A DNA stretch of 64,000 nt, from NCBI GenBank assembly GCA_051530055.1, contig CM121342.1, positions 1,894,797-1,958,796 on the forward strand. Direction: 5' to 3'. Below are positions 26,271-37,081 of the stretch, one piece after another (position 1 is the stretch's first letter; each line of letters begins with the position of its first letter). Below the pieces are notes generated by a model. It did not search any database, had not been told where the DNA came from, and was given only the letters and a program-made list of their open reading frames with translations. A program made the position numbers and the translations under genes. Source of the stretch: Neoechinorhynchus agilis. Taxonomy: Eukaryota; Animalia; Acanthocephala.

Positions 26271-26317
26271 CTTAAAAAAATAGAAATGTGATCAACGAAC
26301 AAAGTGAAATAAAATGA
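26271..26317 (-). promoter_or_regulatory. 47-nt U-rich intercistronic spacer ending TTTTTTTAAG|ATG; candidate trans-splice acceptor
   Basis: Lies between the ANKZF1 stop (26320-26318) and the CCAR1 ATG (26270); no room for a promoter. Confidence 0.55.
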
Positions 26318-28090
26318 TCACTTTTTGCGATGAGCACTCACGCATTCTACGCCACAAAACGAAAGGTCATTCGAACCATAAAAGAACCATTCAGATTCGT
26401 CGTCACATAAACCTTTACCACATTGAGCACATAGATTCTTTGCTTTTTGTTCAATTTTCTTCTTCTTTTTTCGCCGAGGATTCGTTTTAGCCTTTTGCTT
26501 AGGAATAATAGAGATTTCGTCTTCAACACCCGCAACAACCTTAATAACGACACATTCTACTTTCTTAAGTTTTGAGGTTGACTTCATTTGTGGAATTTTT
26601 GTTGGCGGCGGTGGCGATGGTAATGGCGGCGGCGGCGGCGGCGGCGACGGTGTAAGTACAATGGCATCCAGCGGTGTGTTTACTACACGTTCGTCCAACT
26701 TGGCCTCTTGAATCCAAAACAGCGGGCATTTAACAATCCGATCAAAGCATTCCTTCAACGCAGATAGATTTGGATATCGTGATTTTGTGAACATTGGTGC
26801 TTTCCTCAATCTGTCATCTTTTCTTCCAATCCCTATTGATTCATATATCCAATCGTTTAAATGTGGTGGATGTCTTGTGAATATTAATTGACAACAAGCA
26901 ACATCATCCTGAATTGATGTAAGAAAAGTTCGAATTTTCTAAAAAAAGTTGTTTTACCAGAAATCAATAGAAGGTCATGTGAGCACATTACCTCTTTAAA
27001 ACGTTGAAGATTTGCACGTCTTAAGGTAGCTCCTGCACTTTTAATACCCCGTTTACGATTGTCAGCCACGTCTTGAGCAAATCCTTGCTTACGTCTTAAC
27101 TTCACATCGTCCTATACCGTCCTCCCCGCATACAAGGACTTGTGATTTACGACATAGCTATGGAAGGAGGCGTGTCGTGTGATTTGTCCACTAACAAAAT
27201 CCAATACACCACCGGCAAAATGGCCGCTTTGGGTAACCAACATGATTACGATTACCTGAATGGATTTGAGGTGCTCAACTTCAACCGACTGTTTTTTAGG
27301 AAATAGACATCGGTGAAGTCCAAAAGCAAGACGTTTATTGGTGAATTCACAAGGCGCCTCGATTAAATGGTCGCAGTGTTGAGGGAAAAAGTAGAAATAA
27401 TTGATTTGATCACATGGCCGTAAGTAGAAAGCGTAAACCTTATCATCATGGCAATCTCCAAGTCTTAATAGAAAGTTGTAAGTTCGGGGAAAAGTTTGAA
27501 ATCCGATTGGTTTCGGAGTATTTATTGTCAGTTTTTTTTAAATAACGTGAACAAGATTGTGCGCATCCGAAAAACCAATCGGATTTAAAATTTTTTAAGC
27601 GCCAGAACTTACAACCATCAATGAACAATTCAATCCCCGTCAAATTTAATATAGAAAAAATCAAAAAGAAAAAGGTAAGAGATTGCCACACGTGTACACA
27701 GCTCAAACCAAGTCAAAAAGTCCACTCTTCCACCTTTTTCTTTCGCTTTAAACACAGCTTTTGCACGAGAAACCAAATCATGTTCATCGTTCCGAAAATG
27801 TTCCCTCTAAAAAGAATTGATTTGCCTTCTTTTTAAATATTTGATGTAATGCTCACCAATTCATCTCTTGTTGAAAACTCTAAGTTACAATGAGAACAAA
27901 GAAACGAGTGGTCATAATCGAGCCATTCGTACGATGAAGTTCGACTTATGCACTGGCTCTTATTTGAACATTCTTGTTTTTCCTGATTATTGATGATTGA
28001 ATCCAAAATCTGTTGAGCTTCGACGTCATACAGATTAAAACATATCACGGATCGTTCCTCAGAAACACCCCTCTTATCAAATGACGTCAT
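26318..28090 (-). CDS. ANKZF1: ANKZF1/Vms1-like tRNA endonuclease (C2H2 finger, VLRF1 domain, C-terminal treble-clef finger), multi-exon
   Basis: Spliced reading gives CSHCNLEFSTRDEL-REHFRNDEH, IMLVTQSGHFAGGV, HASFHSYV-LRRKQGFAQD...SAGATLRRAN, DDRLRKAPMFTKSRYP and a terminal CAQCGKGL...FCGVECVSAHR. Confidence 0.88.
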
Positions 28091-28380
28091 CTGAACAACA
28101 TCGAAAAATGAATGCAATTGCCAAAATGTGCTTTGATCTACGCTTCTTTCGTATCTCTAGAGCATTTTTATGTATTTTTTGCGATAAGAAAATCAATCAC
28201 TCTTCTCAATATTCTGTCCGTTTCATGTCTTACATATTTTTTTACAAACTTACAAAGTGAAGAAGCTCGACGATACGGAAGAATTATAGAGCATTTTATT
28301 TCAGTAACATTGAAGCATATTCTCTCGTTTTTTAATTAGCTTTTGGCTCGTTCATTTTTTCATAAGTGAGCAAATTTCTA

Positions 28381-31300
28381 TGAATTATTCTATTTTTTTG
28401 AAGTCCGGTTTGCTTGTAACTTTTATTCTGTATTTTTTAAGTGTGGCCTTTTTTTACAGCTGATAATTTTCCTATTAGGCACAAAGCCCGTCACCGATAT
28501 CTTGGACGAGGGAAGTGCATGAAATCACACTTGATACCCTGCTGAACCATCACACGGTTACGAGTTTGTTCGCATCGTTCCGCATCGTCGGATATCTTCC
28601 CCAAGGAGGCGGGGTTCCCTTCGTCGAGGCATTTCGCCCCCTTGGTTGTTCGTCATTGGCGGAAATGGACATTGAACCCTTTAGACCAAACTGGGATCAG
28701 AGCTTTTAGTCCACTTGACCACCGCTAACACAACTACGAAATGTACAAACTCTACCATTTAATTTCTTAATTTTGGGCCAATTAAATTATTCTATTTTTG
28801 AACGGTTTGCTTGTAACTTTTATTCTGTATTTTAAGTGTGGCCTCTTTTTTACAGCTGATAATTTTCCTATTAGGCACAAAGCCCGTCACCGATATCTTG
28901 ACGAGGGAAGTGCATGAAATCACACTTGATACCCTGCTGAACCATCACACGGGTTACGAGTTTGTTCGCATCGTTCCGGATCGTCGGATATCTTCCCCCA
29001 AGGAGGCGGGGTTCCCCTCTGTCAACGCATTTCGCCCCTCTTGGTTGTCTTGGGTCATTGGCGGAAATGGACATTGAACCCTTTAGACCAAACTGGGACT
29101 GAGCTTTTAGTCCACTTGACCACCTCAACACAACTACGAAATGTACAAACTCTACCAATTTTAATTTTTTAATTTTGGGCCAATTGAATTATTCTATTTT
29201 TTTTGAAGTCCGGTTTGCTTGTAACTTTTATTCTGTATTTTTTAAGTGTGGCCTCTTTTTACAGCTGATAATTTTCCTATTAGGCACAAAGCCCGTCACC
29301 GATATCTTGGACGAGGGAAGTGTATAAAATTACACTTAATGCCCTGCTGAACCATCACACGGTTACGAGTTAGTTCGCATCGTTCCGGATCGTCGGATAT
29401 CTTCTCCAAGGAGGCGGGGTTCCCTTCGTCGAAGCATTTCGCCCCCTTGGTTGTTCGTCATTGGCGGAAATGGACATTGAACCCTTTAGACCAAACTGGG
29501 ATCAGGAGCTTTTAGTCCACTTGAACACCTCTACACAACCACGAAATGTACAAACTCAACCAATTTTAATTTTTTAATTTTGGGCCAATTGAATTATTCT
29601 ATTTTTTTGAAGTCCGGTTTGCTTGTAACTTTTATTCTGTATTTTAAGTGTGGCCTCTTTTTACAGCTGATAATTTTCCTTTTAGGCACAAAGCCCGTCA
29701 CCGATATCTTGGACGAGGGAAGTGCATAAAATTACACTTAATGCCCTGCTGAACCATCACACGGTTACGAGTTTGTTCGCATCGTTCCGGATCGTCGGAT
29801 ATCTTCCCCAAGGAGGCGGGGTTCCCTTCGTCGAAGCATTTCGCCCCCTTGCTTGTTCGTCATTGGCGGAAATGGACATTGAACCCTTTAGACCAAACTG
29901 GGATCAGGAGCTTTTAGTCCACTTGAACACCTCAACACAACTACGAAAATGTACAAACCTACCAATTTTAATTTTTTAATTTTGGGCCATTGAATTATTC
30001 TATTTTTTTGAAGTCCGGTTTGCTTGTAACTTTTATTCTGTATTTTTTAAGTGTGGCCTCTTTTACAGCTGATAATTTTCCTATTAGGCACAAAGCCCGT
30101 CACCGATATCTTGGACGAGGGAAGTGTATAAATACACTTAATGCCCTGCTGAACCATCAACGGTTACGAGTTTGTTCGCATCGTTCCGGATCGTCGGATA
30201 TCTTCCCCAAGGAGGCGGGGTTCCCTTCGTCGAAGCATTTCGCCCCCTTGCTTGTTCGTCATTGGCGGAAATGAACATTGAACCCTTTGGACCAAACTGG
30301 GATCAGGAGCTTTTAGTCCACTTGACCACCTCAACACAACTACGAAATGTACGAACTCTACCAATTTTAATTTTTTAATTTTGGGCCAATTGAATTATTC
30401 TATTTTTTTGAAGTCCGGTTTGCTTGTAACTTTTATTCTGTATTTTAAGTGTGGCCCCTTTTTACAGCTGATAATTTTCCTATTAGGCACAAAGCCCGTC
30501 ACCGATATCTTGGACGAGGGAAGTGTATAAAATTACACTTAATGCCCTGCTGAACCATCACACGGTTACGAGTTTGTTCGCATCGTTCCGGATCGTCGGA
30601 TATCTTCCCCAAGGAGGCGGGGTTCCCTTCGTCGAGGCATTTCGCCCCCTTGGTTGTTCGTCATTGGCGGAAATGGACATTGAACCTTGGACCAAACTGG
30701 ATCAGGAGCTTTTAGTCCACTTGACCACCTCAACACAACTACGAAATATACAAACTCTACCAATTTTAATTTTTAATTTTGGGCCAATTGAATTATTCTC
30801 TATTTTTTTGAAGTCCGGTTTGCTTGTAACTTTTATTCTGTATTTTTTAAGTGTGGCCTCTTTTTACAGCTGATAATTTTCCTATTAGGCACAAAGCCCG
30901 TCACCGATATCTTGGACGAGGGAAGTGTATAAAATTACACTTAATGCCCTGCTGAACCATCACACGGTTACGAGTTTGTTCGCATCGTTCCGGATCGTCG
31001 GATATCTTCCCCAAGGAAACGGGGTTCCCTTCGTCAAAGCATTTCGCCCCCTTGGTTGTTCGTCATTGGCGGAAATGGACATTGAAACCTTTAGACCAAA
31101 CTGTGATCAGGAGCTTTTAGTCCACTTGACCACCTCAACACAACTACGAAATGTACAAACTCTACCAATTTTAATTTTTTAATTTTGGGCCAATTGAATT
31201 ATTCTATTTTTTTGAAGTCCGGTTTGCTTGTAACTTTTATTCTGTATTTTTAAGTGTGGCTTCTTTTTACACAGCTGATAATTTTCCTATTAGGCACAAA

Positions 31301-33362
31301 GCCCGTCACCGATATCTTGGACGAGGGAAGTGCAATAGAAATCACACTTAATGCCCCGCTGAACCATCACAAGGTTACGAGTTTGTTCGCATCGTTCCGG
31401 ATCGTCGGATATCTTCCCCAAGGGAGGCGGGGTTCCCTTCGTCAACGCATTTCGCCCCCTTGGTTGTTCGTCATTGGCGGAAATGGACATTGAACCCTTT
31501 AGACCAAACTGGGATCAGGAGCTTTTAGTCCACTTGACCACCTCAACACAACTACGAAATATACAAACTCTACCAATTTTAATTTTTTAATTTTGGGCCA
31601 ATTGAATTATTCTATTTTTTGAAGTCCGGTTTGCTTGTAACTTTTATTCTGTATTTTAAGTGTGGCCTCTTTTACAGTTGATAATTTTCCTATTAGGTGT
31701 CAAAGCCCGTCACCGATATCTTGGACGAGGGAAGTGCATAAAATTACACTTAATGCCCTGCTGAACCATCACACGGTTACGAGTTAGTTCGCATCGTTCC
31801 GGATCGTCGGATATCTTCCCCGAGGAAACGGGGTTCCCTTCGTCAAAGCATTTCGCCCCCTTGGTTGTTCGTCATTGGCGGAAATGAACATTGAACCCTT
31901 TGGACCAAACTGGGATCAGGAGCTTTTAGTCCACTTGACCACCTCAACACAACTACGAAATGTACAAACTCTACCAATTTTAATTTTTTAATTTTGGGCC
32001 AATTGAATTATTCTATTTTTTTGAAGTCCGGTTTGCTTGTAACTTTTATTCTGTATTTTAAGTGTGGCCTTTTTTTACAGCTGATAATTTTCCTTTTAGG
32101 CACAAAGCCCGTCACCGATATCTTGGACGAGGGAAGTGCATAAAATTACACTTAATGCCCTGCTGAACCATCCGACGGTTACGAGTTTGTTCGCATCGTT
32201 CCGGATCGTCGGATATCTTCCCCAAGGAAACGGGATTCCCTTCGTCAACGCATTTCGCCCCCTTGGTTGTTCGTCATTGGCGGAAATGGACATTGAAACC
32301 TTTGGACCAAACTGTGATCAGGAGTTTTTAGTCCACTTGACCACCTCAACACAACTACGAAATGTACAAACTCTACCAATTTTAATTTTTTAATTTTTGG
32401 CCAATTGAATTATTCTATTTTTTTGAAGTCCGGTTTGCTTGTAACTTTTATTCTGTATTTTTTAAGTGTTGCCTCATTTTACAGCTGATAATTTTCCTTT
32501 TAGGCACAAAGACCGTCACCGATATCTTGGACGAGGGAAGTGCATAAAATTACACTTAATGCCCTGCTGAACCATCACACGGTTACGAGTTTGTTCGCAT
32601 CGTTCCGGATCGTCGGATATCTTCCCCAAGGAGGCGGGGTTCCCTTCGTCAAAGCATTTCGCCCCCTTGGTTGTTCGTCATTGGCGGAAATGGACATTGA
32701 ACCCTTTAGACCAAACTGGGATCAGGAGCTTTTAGTCCACTTGACCACCTCAACACAACTACGAAATGTACAAACTCTACCAATTTTAATTTTTTAATTT
32801 TGGGCCAATTGAATTATTCTATTTTTTTGAAGTCCGGTTTGCTTGTAACTTTTATTCTGTATTTTAAGTGTGGCCTCTTTTTACAGCTGATACTTTTCCT
32901 ATTAGGCACAAAGCCCGTCACCGATATCTTGGACGAGAGAAGTGCATAAAATTACACTTGATACCCTGCTGAACCATCACACGGTTACGAGTTTGTTCGC
33001 ATCGTTCCGGATCGTCGGATATCTTCCCCGAGGAAACGGGGTTCCCTTCGTCAAAGCATTTCGCCCCCTTGGTTGTTCGTCATTGGCGGAAATGGACATT
33101 GAAACCTTTAGACCAAACTGGGATCAGGAGCTTTTAGTCCACTTGACCACCTCAACACAACTACGAAATGTACAAACTCTACCAATTTTAATTTTTTAAT
33201 TTTGGGCCAATTGAATTATTCTATTTTTTTGAAGTCCGGTTTGCTTGTAACTTTTATTCTGTATTTTAAGTGTGGCCTCTTTTTACAGCTGATAATTTTC
33301 CTTTTAGGCACAAAGCCCGTCACCGATATCTTGGACGAGGGAAGTGCATAAAATTACACTTA
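28381..33362. repeat. Tandem satellite, about 12.3 units of about 396-409 bp, each with a GC-rich structured half and an AT-rich half
   Basis: AGGCACAAAGCCCGTCACCGATATC, or a close variant, recurs 13 times from 28477 to 33306. Confidence 0.98.
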
Positions 33363-33430
33363 ATTACCCTTCGCTTCCCAATAACAATGAATCGGTGGTG
33401 GGCTTTGTGCCTAAAAGGAAAATTATCAGC
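33288..33430. repeat. Inverted repeat closing the 404-bp array
   Basis: 33288-33318 is the exact reverse complement of 33400-33430 (31 bp); the arms extend to 40 bp with 2 mismatches. Confidence 0.9.
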
Positions 33431-33615
33431 AGTGAAAAAAAACACAAAAAGCAATTTTATTTTTGATATTTCGTCATCTAGGAGAAGTTCGAATATAAAG
33501 CACTTAATTCTGAACGTATCAGACGTGTAGAGTAAACAAAAAAATTATATTAGGATTGAATTACTTTTTTTCTTAGTTATACCACATGACCAAGAACTTC
33601 AGATTGCTGGCTTCG

Positions 33616-33955
33616 AGTGTCGCCACTTGTGTCGATACACTCGCAGCCAGCAATTTCAAGTTCTCGGTAGTTCAAACTGGAGGTGCAGTGAGCGCTGCGG
33701 AAGGACGGAAACGGCGAAATACCTCGATTGAACCCGGGCCATATGTTTGTGCCTTTTGGGGTTGAGACCTACGGATCTCTTGGTAACGAGGATCTTCAAC
33801 TCCTGAGGGATCTGAAGCGACGCCTTCAGGTTATAACCGGTGATGCAAGTTCAGGTCAATAACTGGCTCAAAATATCAGCATCGCCGTGTTGAGAGGCAA
33901 CACTGCAAGCATTCGGGCGACAATTGAGGACGAGGACGGCTAGGAATTTTTTGCC
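33616..33955 (+). mobile_element. 3' fragment of a CRE-like (RLE-type) non-LTR retrotransposon, decayed
   Basis: ATCVDTLAASN...(frameshift) FVPFGVETYGSLG...TGDASSGQ*LAQNISIAVLRGNTASI; typical RLE C-terminus. Confidence 0.85.
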
Positions 33956-34129
33956 GGATACAGTTTTCCTTCAAAATTTTGATAAGTTCAAATAATAAAC
34001 TAAGTTTTAAGATTGAAAAAGTTATACCATCGATCTTATTAAAGTTCACTAATTTATTTCCCCGATATTTCACCTCTCGGAAAATTCCGACATTATCAAG
34101 GTTTGTTATTGCTTGTAAGTTTTCAGGAA

Positions 34130-34400
34130 TTATTCGATGTGAAATACCGGAAATAAATCAGTGAATCTAAATCCGAGCGACGGTATAACTACCAAAATAA
34201 AATATCTTTTCCCCCGAAGATAATGAAGCAAAAAATTGAGTTACTTTTATTCATCTCGTTCTCATCAAAACAAACTATGGGCAACATCTTTACGGAAACT
34301 TTTATGTTCCGGAGTCCGATTTAAAAATTCTCCCGCAAGCACTCAGACAAAATGGCATTTCTAGTAAAGTTCGAGGAAAAAAATCGAGCGGTTCTATATT
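34130..34400 (+). mobile_element. Possible decayed Penelope-like RT thumb fragment
   Basis: Frameshifted pieces LFDVK, KLSYFYSSRSHQNK and ESDLKILPQALRQNGIS resemble the PLE FLDV / YL.Y.S.H / L..NGY series. Confidence 0.35.
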
Positions 34401-34638
34401 TATGAAAGACCTTTGGAAACTCGTCGGGTTCATTATCAGTTGCTTAAGATCGAGTGCTGAAATAAATTTTTATCAGTCATAAAAAAATACCATGAGCTTT
34501 TTGTGAGGCTAAAAGACAGGTTTCAAATTCCACAGTGTTCAGTTGACTAAAAAAGGGTGCTTGAAATTTCTGATCATAAAATATATTTGCAGATGATAGA
34601 CGATTCCGATATATAAATTGCCGCACAATCCTCTTTAG

Positions 34639-35001
34639 ATGTCCAGCCGACAAAAACAACTTGACCTTTTAGCCGAAGGTAAAATTCCGTTCGATTTATC
34701 CGAAACAAGAGAAGTGCAAGCATCCGAAGTCCGCTCAATCTACCGTTGTGCTTCCAATAAAATTAAACGGATTTTAAAAGAAGAATGTTCCATTCTTTTC
34801 GAATGTAAAATGTGCAAGCAAGTGCTGCGGAGCTTTGAAGGATTCCTTTATCATCGAAGTTGCGTTTGCGGTGATGCAGCTATTCGTGGTCGGGATAAAC
34901 TAGACGACAGGTCACAAAGGATTTTGAACTCTATGCTTCAGCCCATCATCATTGTTGAGTTTATGAATCTGGATACTCTTGATTTGAGTAATGGATACTA
35001 G
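34639..35001 (+). CDS. Small ZNF800-like N-terminal zinc-finger protein (120 aa)
   Basis: IKRILKEECSILFECKMCKQVLRSFEGFLYHRSCVC resembles the ZNF800 motif LKHILLKDVDTIFECKLC...HKKFYC (recalled); acceptor-like TTTAG immediately before the ATG. Confidence 0.6.
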   Translation: MSSRQKQLDLLAEGKIPFDLSETREVQASEVRSIYRCASNKIKRILKEECSILFECKMCKQVLRSFEGFLYHRSCVCGDAAIRGRDKLDDRSQRILNSMLQPIIIVEFMNLDTLDLSNGY

Positions 35002-35756
35002 CGGTTTTTGTTGATTAAATCGTTTCGTAGGTTTAAGACTAATATAGAAAAGAATTGAAATCAATTTCAGTTCAACAATTATCTTTCAAACTTTGAGATT
35101 AATTTTTATTGGATTGCATTCGGGTGCCTAGATATCTTATTATTTTTATCGGTCGGATCGTTAGTCTCTCGGTGTCGAGGACCGACCATAATAAGAAGAT
35201 TATTTATAAAACTTGGAGAAAATGTAGATGTTTCGATCACAATCTGAGTACCCTCACAGCTCCGTACTATAACAAGTAGGGAAATTTTAATTGATTAGAG
35301 AAATAGACTTGAATCGTATTTCCCGGTCGGTTTTAAAACTTTAGGAATGAATATGTTTCCATCGATTTCGAACAACTTTGATAAAGGCAAGATATTGTGC
35401 CTGCGAAATATCGGATTTAATAAATTATTTTAATTTTTCACCGTAATAAACAAGCATAAATTTTAATGTGATCGCTTGTCGGTACGTAGAAATTAACCTC
35501 ATTGAAAAAATCAAAAGCTTTTAATAAATCACGTAACGTCTATATAAAACGCAATGCTCTAGTTAATCTTCTTAAAATTCAGAGACGTTTTCCTTTGACG
35601 AATAACGTTTTACAAGATCAGACATAGAACCATAGAGAAATAGCGATACAAACAGTTCTTTTCTGAATATTAAAAACGCACACAAGCGCATGAATGATGA
35701 TAAGCTTAATGGGTCAGTGTCGCATTTTTGTCGCCTTTTTCACGTTTCTTTAAATG

Positions 35757-36150
35757 TTATATACGTCTTCGTCTTTTTTTAGGCATAAATCCTGAATTCC
35801 ACACTTGCATCCCATTGGCTTCCGATTTGAGCTCGTTTATGTGAACATACCGATCGCTCGGTATTTTGCCTAAGTTCGCTATATTTTTGGATAGATGTTC
35901 TGGCGACAAGAAGGACGACAGGACCTCATTGTAGTTTTGCCTCAAGGTACCCAAGAAGTTTATGTAATCTAATTAGGCGTCCACACTGGAATGCAGAGCC
36001 GCTTCAGCTTCATTGGAGCTACAAATGAGTATATAGAAACAGAAAACACAAACATTTAGAGTGTCTACTTTCCCTGCGAAACAGGTGTAGTTTCTTCTCT
36101 CAATTTCTATACGAACCATAGAAAATAGCCAGGACGTATGCCTTCAGGCT
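35757..36150 (-). pseudogene. Possible decayed coding fragment of unknown family
   Basis: Open stretch SNEAEAALHSSVDA*LDYINFLGTLRQNY...KKRRRRI with one in-frame stop and an upstream acceptor-like TTTGTAG. Confidence 0.25.
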
Positions 36151-36219
36151 AATGAACGCCGGAGATCCAGTTTAAAAAGGTAGATAGAACCTATTTCGCC
36201 TCATGAAATCAGTGGTATT

Positions 36220-36350
36220 CCTCATTGTAATCTAATTGAACAATTCAGAGCTCTAATATTATTGAAAATAAAAGATCAACATTATTGTAAAAAATTGTTC
36301 TTTGGTTATGAGAACAATAGATATTGATTTATTAATGTCTCGTCGGACTT
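36220..36350. mobile_element. Further copy of the hammerhead-associated dispersed repeat
   Basis: TGTTCTTTGGTTA(C/T)GAGAA(A/C)AATAGATATTGATTT is shared with 24577-24610 and followed by GTCTCGTCGGACTTCTTC. Confidence 0.45.
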
Positions 36351-37081
36351 CTTCGAGTCCAAAAGGTAGTTCAGGGTGGCTTTATCATGAGTTTTAGTCT
36401 ATAATCCGTCTTATTTAATTAGTCGATCATTCAACGGCTTTTCGCGAATTTTGAATAGTATGTCTCATGAGTCATTGGTAAAGACTCCTTGTTTATGATC
36501 TACACCTAGACCATTATTCATAAATACATAAGGAGAAATTCGTAGATGCCCACAACTGGAAATTTAGTAATCAGAAACTAATCTTAGCAGTCAGAAGCAT
36601 GGCTCTAAGCAGCTTTTTCACATCTTTAAGCTTTGAAAGGTACCCAATCGATCTTTTACGACAACGTGGAATCCATCTTCTCAACAAAAAAAGACACTTG
36701 AATTTCAAAAACTTGGTTTGAAAGGTTCTATAGAACTTCTAGAAACCAGCGTGGTACATTCCTACATTTCTCAAACTCTAAATTTTTTTATGAGCTCCTT
36801 ACACCGCAATCCTTAAGAGTGCATCTTTTCAAAACAAACATATTATCGTTGAAAATTCATAAAAACGCCATTTCAACCCCAATCTTTCGATCGACTTGGC
36901 AATTCGAGGTCGAAATAGCTGATTAAACTGGCCGTTGTCCTGTTATGGAAGAATTAAGAATTTATTCCTGCCATTTCCTTTCTTTGATTTGAGAAAAGTT
37001 GCAATGTACGCTATTTAGTTAGGACGCCTAGAAATCGGGACTTTTGGAGCATTAATTAACTTTTTTTGTGGTTTCAGACAA

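Noticed and set aside
28545-28760. HDV-like or hammerhead ribozyme inside the 404-bp unit
   Set aside because: A P1-like pairing (GGGGGCG/CGCCTCC) exists on the minus strand, but no P3/L3 or P2 partner and no CUGANGA core could be placed.
5191-33362. CRISPR-like or protein-coding interpretation of the two tandem arrays (68-aa and 85-aa ORFs)
   Set aside because: There are no unique spacers and the context is eukaryotic. The ORFs start at non-ATG codons and are broken by stops or indels in many units.
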